A DNA stretch of 64,000 bases from Chrysomallon squamiferum (taxonomy: Eukaryota; Animalia; Mollusca). The translations under genes were made by a program, and so were the position numbers. Positions 1-13,232 of this stretch are shown piece by piece. The notes under the pieces were generated by a model. It saw only the letters and a list, made by a program, of their open reading frames with translations, had not been told where the DNA came from and did no database searches. Each line of letters begins with the position of its first letter. The first letter of the stretch is position 1. Location of the stretch: contig CM022676.1 of NCBI GenBank assembly GCA_012295275.1, forward strand, positions 9,734,001 through 9,798,000, given 5' to 3'.

Positions 1-2492
1 TGAGACTTTACGCTTCGATAAATTCAGAATATTGAACTAAAATGGTTGGCACATTGAAAGTAGTTTCTGTCATTTAAATAATGCGAAAATAAATTTTAAA
101 ACGAATCTTTTATTTATTTATTTATTTATTTATTATTGTTTTTTAATTTGTAATTTAAATATAAAACAAATCTCATAATGAAAAAGCTGAATTTCTCTTA
201 AGTAGAAAGCCTGATGATTTTAATATTATTAAATTTTTTAATTTTATTATTTTATAATCTTTATTTATTTATTTTGTTTGTTTTAAATAAGCAAAATTAT
301 TCAGTAGTTAATAGTTTTTAAAAGTTCAAACACTGCCAATACTTCAGTTTTTTTTATTTTTTTATTTTATTAATATTTCATTTTCTTATTTTTTTTTTTT
401 TTTTTTTTATCTTTCTCTTCTGTTATTTTTTGTTTTTTTTATTTATTTATTATTATGTGGGCTATTTTGTGATGTTTACTAAGGTGTTTTGAAAATATAG
501 ACATGAAAAAAAGAATAAAATGCAGTTGTCTGCTTAAGGAACTCTTCAGTTGAAAAAGTCAGACAGTTAACCTTGTTAGAAAGCTCTATAAAAATAAAAA
601 TTATTTAAGAAGTTTTATTTTAATTTTTTATTTTTTATTTGTTTTTTTTTTATGTTTCATCTCTGAACTACAACAAAATGATATTAAAGTGAAAAAAAAA
701 TATATAAAAAAACACAAAAAACAACCAAGGTTATTTTGAAGGATAAAGTGAAGATGTTTTCAGTAGTGTAAAAATAGATACTAATGATTTTGTTCCTTTA
801 TAACACTGAAATAAAAATGTCTGACATTTTCTAGGTTGTAAGAGAATTGGTATTTTGATAAATAAGATTAATTTACTTCATTTTGTTAAAAGCTATTATT
901 AATGTATGGTTGGCTTTAGTTCTAAATTACGTTTTGTAATTTTATATATATATATATATACATATATATACTTTCTTTTCTGGGTTTTTGGGAGGTTTTT
1001 TGGTAGCAATAATAATAATAATAATAATGCATTTAAGAAATCTATTTAGAATTACATAGTTTAAGTAGAAAAAAAAAATTGTTGAATTTTAAATGATAAC
1101 GTTCATAGAATTGTTCGAATCAATCATACTAAAAAATATTGATTTAAAAGAAAAGAAAATTAAATAAAAATTAAATTTTGTTACACCAGCTAGAAATATA
1201 ACATAGCTTCATATCAAAGAATTGTGTGAAATGTTTGAACTGTTACATATAGATCTGAAATCCTTTTACCTAGCTGTGATAAGACCAATGATTTTGAAGT
1301 CCATAAGAAGCAGTTTTAAAATGTATTTAAGTAACTAACTGAAGTCAGTTTTAATATTTAAGAAAACCCATATTGCTGGCACCAGATAATTATTAACAGC
1401 ACTGTAGATGTTTTTAAATATTCAAATAAAATCTTTACTTTAAATATTTTTTTTATATACTTTTTTAAAATTATTATTATATTTAGTTTTTAAATGTAAT
1501 AAAGTGGTTAATTATCTTTGACATAATTAAGTGGCAGTCTTAATATTTACCAAACTGTAGGCAGCTGATCATTATTAAAATATACTGAGGGGTGATTAAG
1601 GAATATTTAAACTTCAATGTGTGATGCTATAAGAACAAAAATGTAATATTAAAATAATTAAAACCACATAGATACATAACAACCACTGATTTTTTTTTTT
1701 GAATTCTGATGGTTTCAATAAACAATTCATTCATTTTATTACCAAGTTTTATTGTTCCTGTTGAACAAAAATCAATGCACAGTTGGAAGATTTTGTTTTC
1801 CTCTGTAAAATGGGTATATAAAAGAAAATGTCAGTGTTAATCATGATAAAAACTGATGTCCTGACAAATTATATTAACAGCAAAATGTTGTTTTATTTTT
1901 ATTAATAGGACAATTTAATAAGTGATTGATAACCTGTTGTAAAGGACTTACCGTCATGCTTTATTTTTAGCAAAGTTTGGTATTAAAAGTTTTTGTTTTT
2001 TTCAAATATCTGAGACTCCACCCTCATTCCTAGAACTTGGAAATATATATATCATATTTGCACTTTATTATTTGCAAAGTTTGGCTGCCAGTGAACAGTT
2101 TGAAACATGTATCGTTTGTTTAAGCAAAAACTGTAATTTGCAAGTAAATATGCCATCACGACCAGCTGAAAAATCGGAATAGGATCTGAATAAGCTTACA
2201 AATGTTCAGCAATAGTTTTTGATTCGTATGTCATTAAATGTGAATATTTCATCTGATTATAGTATTCATAATAATTTAAAATATTCTGTACATGTGTATT
2301 TGCTGCTGTGAATTTTGTATGCGTTCTTGTCACGTCACAACAAGAGTGCCTATTTTTGTAATAAATTTCTCATTATTTATAAAAAAACAAAAAACAAATG
2401 CTTTTTTATATAATTCTTTTTAATAATTTGTTTTCTTCTTTGTACAGGTTCATACATTATTTTTTTTTGCATCATACCTTTATATATAATTT

Positions 2493-2523
<31 letters not shown>

Positions 2524-2600
2524 CGATAGAAAATCATTTTGTAAATATGTTCATGATGAATAAAATACAAAGATTAAAAAGGAAAAAAAAAATGGATTTT
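1..2600 (+). other. Possible 3'UTR and poly(A) site of an upstream gene
   Basis: AU-rich non-repetitive sequence with TGTA motifs, AATAAA at 2559-2564 and a T/GT-rich tract near 2596-2610. No coding part is visible. Confidence 0.3.
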
Positions 2601-2845
2601 TGTTTTGTTTCAAAAGCTGATATAAAATTTGTTGAGTATTTAATGATGTTGAACTGTCATAAATAATCTTTTATAAACACTTCCATGTACTTGAAAAAAA
2701 CATACTATAGTTTTTTGTGAGTTTTTTTGCTAAATCAATCATAAAAGAGAGAAACAGGAACTTGTTCTACTGATTCTTTGATATTCTTTACATATGCACT
2801 CTGAAAACAGCCTTTACTACTATTACTGTTAACACCATCATTATT

Positions 2846-2883
<38 letters not shown>

Positions 2884-3780
2884 TATTATTATTATTATTA
2901 AGCTGAATATTTATCGATTTTTATAAAGTTTACCTCGAGTAGAATACTTATTATTCTATTAATCCTCTTTGCTTTGCCCTTTGGGTTACATCTTACTCAG
3001 TAATTTGTTGTTTGCTTTCTAGACAGAAACAAGATGCAGGTTAAAAGCAATCTTGATGTGCATTAATAAAACCATTTCATGGAGTAATAGAGGTTTTCAT
3101 AATAAGAATTTATCTTGACTAGAGATAATATAGAATTAATTTTTGCCAAGAACATTTAACCAACAGAATGCTGATAGAATATTATAAAAAAAAACCCACT
3201 TGAACCTGTTAATTATTTTACGAGTTAAAGTAATGTTTTTCAAAGAAATGTTTGAAAAGTACACCATCAATAGTTTTCTTGTGCTCTCTCTCTCTCTTAG
3301 TGTTTAAAGTTTAAGGTATAAGAGTTGTATGAATACAGAAATTTTTTGAACATTCTCAAGAAGGGATTAACTATCTTTTGCACAGCTGTGATCAGTTATT
3401 GTATCTGGCAATACCAAACAACAGGTTTTATCAAAAAGCATAGTTAAACTAATATTCACAACTCTGTGAGAAGGTGAATATAAAAAATTACTTGCTGACT
3501 ATTCATAAGACTGGCCTTTATAAGGTTATGCGCCAGTTGCTAGTTTTCTGTTATACAGTTTATTATCTAATAATACAATAGTGTTAGACATCTAACAAAC
3601 ATCATTAAATGAATGAGGTGTTTTTAAGAATTCATTCATTTTCATCATCATTATTTTATTAATATTAAAAAAAAAAAAAAAATAATAATAATTCTACCTT
3701 GTTTTTGGAGGGTGTTTCTTTGGGTTTTTTTTCATTCTTTATATATATATAAACAGCAAGAATAAATGATGTTAAAAAAA

Positions 3781-3875
3781 CAAGGGATCTTTGTTCTATC
3801 CAGTTTCCATCACACTTTAAAACACTCACCAAAACCTTTGATAACCCACCTGTTGTCTATTAGTGGCTGGAACCA
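3781..3875 (-). mobile_element. Degenerate SINE remnant (Meta-domain-like)
   Basis: caagggatcttt...cctttgataa...tggctggaac is colinear with the better copy at 39117-39236. Confidence 0.4.
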
Positions 3876-3974
3876 GAAGTCGATGAATGCACTTCAAAAT
3901 TTAACCAGTAATATGTTTCACCCATATGAATGATTTTTACCTTTTGAGTATGTAAGTGTATGTTAATGTGTTAG

Positions 3975-4026
<52 letters not shown>

Positions 4027-5090
4027 TGTTGCTTATAATTGGCCACATAATTGCACACATCAACACAAAACATATATATGTCTAGACTATTACAAAGTCT
4101 GTCATAAGCAATATTTCAATCTAGCCTTTGTTTGGTAACTCTACAGTTTCTTCTAAAAACATTCTTACAGTGCAAATAAACATGGGATTTAAAACGCTTT
4201 CCAGTCAATAACTGAAGAAATCCTAAAATAGATTTCATATGTAACGTAAATTATCTTCAAGAGTTTCAAGATTATGCTATTCTGCATCTACATATCAATT
4301 ATATGTGGGTTTGAGTGGGTGCATAAAGAATGTAAAAATGTAATGTGACATGATTAAAAATGAATCAATTTGTAATAATCGATAAAAATTTCAAAACGTA
4401 CTTTAAATGTCAAATATATATATATATATATTTCAAATTACATATATTATAAAAGAAAACAAGATGAACAAAAAAGAAAAAACAAAAATAATAACGATAA
4501 TAGATGAAATTAGAAGGCAGAAGAACCAGCAACCGAAGCAACAACAACAACAACGACAACAGTAATAAAAATCCATAATAATATTTATGATTCTTTGATC
4601 CATATTTTTTTTTTTTTTTTTACTGTATTTAATAATTAATTGATTAAGTATAAAACGAAAGAAAATTTACAAGCAGACGATACGTGACATCACGTCCTTT
4701 GAAGCTATTTTTAGCGTTGCGACCTTGAACCAATTGACTAGAACTCTAGAAGACAATACACGTACGTTTTGTTACGACTTTCTCCGAATGATGGGGATTG
4801 TCTGGGTGACACCAAATAATTACAAATAATTACGAAGAGCCATTGGCACAAAATGTCTTGCTCAAACACTTAACTCAAAAACAGGCCCTTAACGAGCCGT
4901 GTAGGTAGATTTTTAAAGTGCAAATGGGTGCAGCACATCAGGTTAAAATCCAATTAAATAGAGAGTTGTTAGTCTCACAAAATTGTTACTTTTGTATTCC
5001 GTTTATTTATTTTATTGTTTGTTTGTTTGTTTCTTTATTTTTGTAACTGCATATATATACACATACATACATACATATGCATAATACACA

Positions 5091-5431
5091 CAGATACCGG
5101 ACCAATTATCTGGACTCCGTGGGGGCCTAAGGCATTCCGGATTTCTGGATCTTTTCCGATTTTCTGGTACCAAGGCATCTAAATACGTAAATAATTAGGC
5201 ATAAACATTTTAAAATTAAAAACATAAAGAAAATTGACGATACACAACTGTGGCGACTCGACACGTAAACAATGCGGCGAGTGAATGAACGCCACGCGGC
5301 TTGAAAGAGTAGTTCCGGTCTGGTGAGGACAACACCCGCGCGCGCGAACTATGAAAATAGCGTCGGCAAAAACCTTCAGGTTTTCTGGTCTTTCCGGATT
5401 TCAAGACGTCGGATAATTGGTCCAGTACCTG
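5091..5431. mobile_element. Tc1/mariner (pogo/Tigger-like) MITE, 341 bp
   Basis: TIRs CAGATACCGGACCAATTATC ... GATAATTGGTCCAGTACCTG (2 mismatches in 20). The right flank is TA and the left flank CA. Internal ccggatt/tctgg subrepeats, no ORF. Confidence 0.8.
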
Positions 5432-6158
5432 TATATATATATATATATATATAAAGCAACTTTCGCCATTTCGTATTGTCTCGATTTTACTAGTTTCAGA
5501 TGAAATTCATTCAAAATAGTATGTATTTTATACAAAACGAATAAAAACAATATTCTGAATTTTATAATAATATAAATTTTAAATATAGCAAAAAAAAAAA
5601 AAAAAAAAATCATACGGAAATTCAGTCAAAAATTGATCATACAAAAACGGTATAAACTCGCCAATTCAAGTCTGCCCTATCAAATATTTTATTTCATTTC
5701 AAACTTATCTTTATTATAACTGCATACGTTATATATATATATATATATATATATATTTAATGCATTTTATATCTACAGAAACTACATTCCAAAAACAAGC
5801 AAACATCTTAAACTTCGACATAATAAATCTTTCTCCTGCTATAAGGAATGATACGTGTTCATATTTTTATACGTGGTAAATTTGCTATTATTTATGCAGC
5901 GCTGACAGTTTGGCGGCAAAGCCACTGATCTGTTTTAGCTGGGAAAATAAAAGATGTATGATGAGACAGTTATGTCATTACTTCGAAATTTTATTGTCTC
6001 ATCTTGAACTATATTTTTAACGTAATGACTTGACATGAGTAAAGTTCTTTTCATTCTTTTTTTTTTTTTTTTTTTTTTTAATTTTAACATAATGTCAAAA
6101 GATATACCATAAAGATAAAAAAAATAACAGGACAAAAATAGCAGACGATTTGTATTAC

Positions 6159-6246
<88 letters not shown>

Positions 6247-7521
6247 CACCATATATAAGTGGGTTTTATATATATATATAGTTATGGGCAATATAATTTT
6301 AATGTATTTTTTTATTTCTATTCTGTTTTTCTCTCTGCCAACAGTTCGTAGAGCGCAGATATAAAATATAAAATTACGTAACAGTCGATAAAAAAAAACT
6401 TTGATTATAATTTATGGCGCAAAATGTTTTGACCACTGCATTTCTCATTCTTGTTTAATTATTAAGAATGTTGTGTTACCGTAAAAAGCGTATTGCAGTT
6501 TTATAAACATTGCTATTCTCCGCTAGATGTCACCCCTGTAAAGCATTCATTCTTGACGTAATTACAGTGACAGTTGAATGTGTGTGTGTGTGTGTGTTTT
6601 GCGTGTGTGTTTGTTGTGAGTGCGCGCACGTTTTCGCGTATTAATGGTTGTATAGATGGATGAATAAATGAAAGTACACGTGTGGATTTCTGTTTAAATT
6701 ACAATGTATACGCGTCAACCAAAATCTGGAAGAAATAAGAAATACACGTGTTACAGATTCTGATTCGTCGCCGAAGTTACTTAGATCGTAATATTAGAAA
6801 CCTTATGTCCACATTTTTTTTTTTTTTTTTTTTTAGAGACTGTTTAAATGCCAAATTTAATTTCTGATCAAGTAATATAAATAGCTTTTCCCCAAATACC
6901 ACAGTGGTGACTTATCCATAATAATTAATATCCGCCGAATACCTACAAAATCAGTTTTAATGTACTTACCGAGACAATCCTATGTAGTTAATCCTATAAA
7001 ATTAATAATCCAATTCACCTTAGTACTGTTATCAAGCGAAAGCGACACACAATAATTTCAATTGTTGACGTCATAATTAACATGCTAAGTAAAGCAGACG
7101 TCAAGGAAACCTCAAATGTCAAAAAGCGTGCTATTAATAGCGTTTTAAATTAAAACATTATAATGGTTTCTTAGCTTGAACTATCCATATCAATACTTTG
7201 CAAACATGTTTTTTGTTTTAATTTTACTATAATACTGTTTGACTGAAGTGAATATATTTTACATGATGAATAAAAATGTAAGTAAATTTGTTTTGGGATC
7301 TGGGAAAGATAATCGTTAATCATCTTTATTGTGCTTTGAGTTGCGAGACAAAATCCGAGTTACGAGCGAGCTTCAGATATGCCGCAACGAACAACATAAT
7401 ATCCGGCCAGCATCCCGCGTCTCACTCGTTTACTTCTTGTGGTTACCTCGCCGCGGAAGCATCTCTGAAATGTTGTTTTCGCGTTTTGTGCAGTATTTTG
7501 CCAAATTTCTTTTTTCTCGCC

Positions 7522-7740
7522 AAAGATCCTAAGAAAGTGAATGGAAAGGACAGTGCTGAGAAGAAGAAGCGGATGATGTTCATTGAATTAAAGCTTGAAT
7601 TCATAGAAAAACATGCGAGGTGTGCACGTAGTCGACTTGACTAGGCAGTACAAGCGTAGTACTTCTACGATATGTACCATACTGAAGCTGAAGGAATCGA
7701 TAAAGGCTGTAACTCCAGCCAAAAGCGTTAAAATAATGTG
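7522..7740 (+). pseudogene. Tigger/pogo transposase N-terminal fragment (CENP-B_N-type HTH), frameshifted and truncated
   Basis: Joining ORFs 7288..7644 and 7613..7816 gives PKKVNGKDSAEKKKRMMFIELKLEFIEKH/RGVHVVDLTRQYKRSTSTICTILKLKESIKAVTPAKSVKI, a typical Tigger N-terminus. Tigger-like subterminal motifs (gagttgcgag, cgagttacgag) lie at ~7338-7367. Confidence 0.85.
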
Positions 7741-7921
7741 TCTGATCTCCAAGATAAATACACTTTACAAAACCAATTTATTTCTTTTGTTTTTATACAA
7801 TATTTGTCATTTATAAATATTTTTTTTCTTATTGCTACTTTTGATTTCTTATCTATGTTTTTAAATTATTTATTTATTAATTTGTGCGCTATTTGTACTT
7901 CTCTCCCTATTAATTTTCTTC

Positions 7922-7975
<54 letters not shown>

Positions 7976-7984
7976 TTTTTTACT

Positions 7985-9100
7985 TTCGATAGTCCAAATT
8001 GAAGAGGTAATCTATTATAATTATAAATTATAAGAGACAATTTTTACTTTTTCATAGTCCAAATTGAAGAGGTAATCTAACTAATATAAATAATAAGAGA
8101 TAATTATTAGATATTAATAGATGCATAAGTGTCATTTTCTTGTTGCCAGGGAGATCTGGTCCAATTAAATTTTTTTTATTAATTAAAATTAATTAATTAA
8201 TTAATTTATTTATTTATTTATTTGTAACGGGGTTAACAACATACGACAACGCATTAATCCAGTTTTGTGTCTAATGTTATGTCTGGAAGCAGTATATCTA
8301 AGTACTGTTATTCGTTTGTCCACAGGTTTAACCACTGTGCTAATTGGCATGTTACGCTTTCTTTCGATTATCGTCTGCATCAAGGCCGCAATCGTCTGCC
8401 ACCTACAGAATTTTGATCTGCATCCGTCGTTTGGCGCCAACCCAGTTTTCATCTTCCGATTGACTGGTCCCAAGACCAGTCTTGTCCTACGCTTGCTACG
8501 TAATCAGTCCAATTACATCAGAGCGGAATGTATTTCGAAATAAAAAGCCCAAATTGCTGAGGCTGGATAACTAATATATACATGTGATCATGAAAGAGTC
8601 AGTTATGTTGCGATACAAAACGTCTTTAATACCGAGGTTAGATAACCAGTATAATTATAACGGCTAATTGTCCTGCGAAATAAAATTGTCAAAATTACAG
8701 ACATTAAAGTAACTAACATAATTATAAAAAAATAAGCATAATTCCAAATAAACAGTCCAAATTATAGAATTAGTTAACTAATATAATTATAAGACTTGAT
8801 TATACAGCGAAATTTAACCTAAATTGCAGATAACAAACATAAATTATATAAGTTAATTATATTGCGATACGCATAGTCCAAATTGAAGAGGTAATCTAAC
8901 TAATATAATTATAAGAGATAATTATTCAGCAATATTAAACTCTAAATTACAGACGTTAGCTAACAAACACATAATTATAACAATTAATTATACTGCGAAA
9001 TAAAAGATCCAAATTACAGAGACTAGCTAATAAGGCAATTAATGCGAAATAAAATGACTAATGTTAGCTAATGTAATAATAAAACTGTTAATTACATTCC
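7985..9100. repeat. Degenerate ~60 bp minisatellite (atagtccaaattgaagaggtaatctaactaatataattataagag), interrupted by unique sequence at ~8110-8640
   Basis: Near-identical copies near 7989, 8054 and 8873, with diverged copies between 8640 and 9100. Confidence 0.75.
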
Positions 9101-9309
9101 GAAATACCGTGCATGACCGTAACTGGACTCTTTTGAAATCAGGCAAAAACTAAACACTTAGCGTGCGGAGCGGAGCAGGGTAAAAAGATTTGGCCGTGGG
9201 GTCTTTGAGCCGCTTAAGACACCCAGAAACTTGAAAAAAAAAAAAAAAAAAAAAAAAAAATAATAAATTTTGTAAATATCATCAACAAATAAATAAACAA
9301 ACAAACAAA

Positions 9310-9340
<31 letters not shown>

Positions 9341-9499
9341 CAGGAGCAATAGTAACAATAATAAAAAACACACTGTAGTTTCAACGTTCGTCTTCACTGC
9401 TATATGATTACCATCATCATCATCATCATTATTGCTGTTGTTGTTGTTGTTGTTTTGATTTTAAGAATTATACTGCATTTCGTTTTTTGTTTTTTTCCA

Positions 9500-10603
9500 T
9501 GCGTCTGTCTGTCCACCTGTCGAAATTCAAACATGATGTGTCTCAGCAGCACAGAGTTTGTTGTTCTGGGATCGTTCCTCCGCAGTATACGCATTAAGCT
9601 ATTTCTCATTCGAGACAAAAATTGCCTCGTTTATCAAGACACGTGATATCTGTTTAGATATTACGTATATGGGAAGGTGTTTTATAAAAAGGAAGTTCTT
9701 GCTACTTATTAGCTAAGAACAGACGTGCGCGGTTCCTCTCTTATCGGTTAGTTATCTAGCAAGTGTATTACGATAATATTAACTAATTATCTGAAAATGT
9801 GTCGAGTGCATCGTTAATTGACCTTTTTAGCTCTGTTCTTTCTACCGTTTGTCCGCCATTTGTTCCTTCCTTTCTTTTTTTTCTTTCGTCTTTCTTTTTT
9901 TTAATTTTTATTCTTCTTATGCTATTTATAATATTATAATATAAAATTATTAGGTTTGTTGTTGTTGTTATTATTATTATTAAATAATTAATTAATAAAG
10001 GAAGTAGTTCTACCGCAGCTTGCCTTATTATTTTTAAAATTGATGATACTGATTATTTATTCAAAAACGTACTCATTTAAATGAATGCTTAACAATATCT
10101 AACATATCTGTATCATGTTGTAAAATTCAGAAGAAATACCTCTGATAATAAAAAAAAGTTCTCAATCAAAACAACGTGCAGTTTCTTCCTGTGCATTTTA
10201 AAAAATTCACTTGTAACGAAATTAATTCATCTTACTATTATTATCTACAAATAGTGCAGTGGTTTGCCCTTATTTACTTTACGTGGTAAATAATTAATTA
10301 ATCTTTTGTACCATTATATCCAAGAAATATGACCTATTTTTTAGACAGTTTACGGTAACAGGTACCAGAATTAACTGTAGCGCTGTCATTCGATAATTGC
10401 GGTGGGAATTTGCGAATCACTTTGTGAAAGTCAGTGGTCTTGTAAATGGAGAAATGTGTAAGAGTGGACTATTTCTGATATATCTATGTATTTCTACTTT
10501 TTTCCCCATCGTTTTAAAAAGATGACAGTCACAGTAGTGTTGTGAAGTGATCGAAAAAAATATTGACGTGTGAAGATTCGTTTTCGTGATGGCCGACAAA
10601 ACG
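9500..10603 (+). promoter_or_regulatory. Putative promoter/5'UTR region of the NR gene
   Basis: High-complexity, CpG-retaining sequence. TATAAAAA at 9683-9690, CACGTG near 9640, YY1-like CCGCCATTT near 9853, Inr-like TCATTC (10386) and TCAGT (10431), followed by the 10604 donor. Confidence 0.4.
10589..10603 (+). CDS. Candidate first coding exon segment (MADKT) of the NR gene
   Basis: gtgATGG (strong Kozak context), ATG GCC GAC AAA ACG, then a consensus GTGAGT donor, at the end of the CpG-richer zone. Phase 0 matches the only frame open at the 61911 acceptor. Linkage over 51.3 kb is inference. Confidence 0.5.
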
Positions 10604-11065
10604 GTGAGTGTTTACAGTTGTTGAAAAGCGTAACTAGATCAGAGAACCTTCAACTTCACTCCCGTCATTATTATTATTATTATTATTTATTTGTTTAATT
10701 ATTACTTTTTAACCCATCTGTAACTTTTTTCGTGTGTGCTGTATTTTTTATACAACCCCAATTAGACGCAGTGGACTAAGTTTGACTTGGTTTAATAAAT
10801 CATTCAGTGAAAAAGGATAAAGAAAATGTTCGTTGCTCTCTCGGACGGTGAAGTGAAGATTTACGAGTTGTTGATTCTGTAACTTGTAGTTATAGTAATA
10901 AAAAACTGTATTTGTAACGTGTATCTTACAGTAATAAAATATCAGTTAAAATGTCCGTTAAATCATATTATGTTTCAATCCTCATACCATACACATAATT
11001 ATATAATACAGACAATTAATAGAAAATATGAAATGGCATAATAATAATAATTGTATACCATAGAT

Positions 11066-11378
11066 CATAGGTTTTCAACCTGGGGGTCATGACCCCCAGA
11101 GGAGTCGCCAGTCTTTTTTCTGGGGGTCGCGAGATCGTTCTTGAGCGAGGGTATGTTTTAGCTTTTTTTCAACTTGACTTGGAAGGAGGAATAAATAAAA
11201 ACGTGTAGACAGGTTTGGGACCCATCAAAGTGAATATATAGATTCCTTTTGTACTGTCTTTGATTGATGAAAATATGGTAACCCTAGATATTATTGAATA
11301 CATTTTTTTAAAGTGGGTCATTGGTCATATTGAGTTGCTCATAAGGGGTTTCAGTCCACAAAAAGTTGAACACCAGTA
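11066..11378. mobile_element. hAT (Charlie-type) non-autonomous element, 313 bp
   Basis: Perfect 8 bp TSD CCATAGAT at 11058-11065 and 11379-11386. Imperfect TIRs CATAGGTTTTCAACC / GTTGAACACCAGTA, and GGGGTC...GACCCC subterminal motifs. Confidence 0.88.
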
Positions 11379-12754
11379 CCATAGATACATACATACATAT
11401 GTAAGTAGGTACATACATTAATAAATACATAAAATAAAAGCATTGTCAGTCCATATATATATATATATATAATAGAAAGCAGTTATGAGTTAATAAACTA
11501 TATGAAATGATATAACAATAATTTTATTATAAATAAATAAATAAATAAAAACATTGTCACTCCATGTGCATATGTAATACAAATGTTTAATAAACTATAA
11601 GAAATAATAATAATATAGTAATTTTATAATAAATAAATAATTTTATTGCATCACATTTTTTTTTTTTTTTTAAATATACAAAATGATATAATACTAATTT
11701 TATTTCAAAGAAACAAAGAATCAAGAAATGAATAAATAAATAAATAACATCATGTACTTTAGAAATAAATGTGCCGAACAATATAAAGTTTAATACATTC
11801 AGTTTGTTAACAGGTTTTTTTTTTTTTTTATTGATTTAAAGTCAATGAACTAACACATGACACCAGAATAATGTCAGTGGTAGAGTTACTTTCTGTGATG
11901 CTTGCTAGAATAACCAAGGATTTGCTTTCAGAATCAACTGATGTTGTTGTTTGATACTTTTTGACTGGTAAGTTTAATATATATTTTCCAATAAAAAAAA
12001 TTAAAAAAGAAAAGAAAAAAGTGCCGAAAAAAGTGAGTATATAACAGTGGTGACTTCATATGTGAACTGATTTAATTTATTTCATGAGCTATAACATTTA
12101 AAATTTATTATATTTATACCTGAAACATATATCTGAATACAAATAATGTATATAAATTTTAAAAAAAATCAGTCATTTTAAAATAAATGTAAATTAAAAA
12201 GACAATTAGATAGAAAATAATAATAAAAAAAAAATAATATTAAAAATGAAAAATGATAGTAAACTAGATAGAAACGGATTTATAAATATAAACTGATTAA
12301 ATAAAAATAAAAAAGTAAATGAGAAATAATTATATAATGAAAATAAATAGGAAATTTATAAAGTAATAATAATACAACTAATGTTAAAACGCATACAGTA
12401 AATATTTAAAAAAAAAAAAAAAAAAATATAATGAAAATAGGATTTAACTTAAGTAACCAACATAATAAAAATTATTAAAAAATAAAATATAAAATAAAGA
12501 AGAAATCTTGATAATCAGGTCAGAATTATGACTCTGATAAGCTTTCTTCAGTCTTTCTCTAGATTAGATTTATTATGTATACTCGGTGCCTAAACTGATG
12601 TGTCACGTATTCCATTTGTTTTTATCGCTGTGATTTACATCTGAATTAAAATTTGTCTAACTATGAGATACAACTGTTGTTTGTTAAAACAATGTGTACG
12701 TTTGTGTGTGTGTGTAAAACATGTACTTCACCCACACAGATATACATAATACAT

Positions 12755-12822
<68 letters not shown>

Positions 12823-13127
12823 GGTGAGTTTTTGTTTCTTATTTATTCACACAGAATATAAATAATCACATTTATACAAAGTTCTGCCCTCTCGGGGCAA
12901 AACAAAGCACATTTTTGAAAATGTAATCTTGTGTGAGTATGTTACATACTGTCACAGACACAGACACCAAGATCCACAACACAGACTGGACTAATATGAA
13001 TGAGGGGGGAAAAAAAGAAGAAGAAGAAAAAATTTCATGCCAGATACACGTAGAAGCAAATTGTCTATTTTTGCTTCTTTTCTTGAAAACTTGAAAAAGT
13101 GACTTTTCCATTTTGCCAAAAGAGAGC

Positions 13128-13232
<105 letters not shown>

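Noticed and set aside
9160-9232. GC-rich patch as an ncRNA
   Set aside because: No recognisable RNA fold. It looks more like a small DNA-transposon internal fragment, too short to assign.
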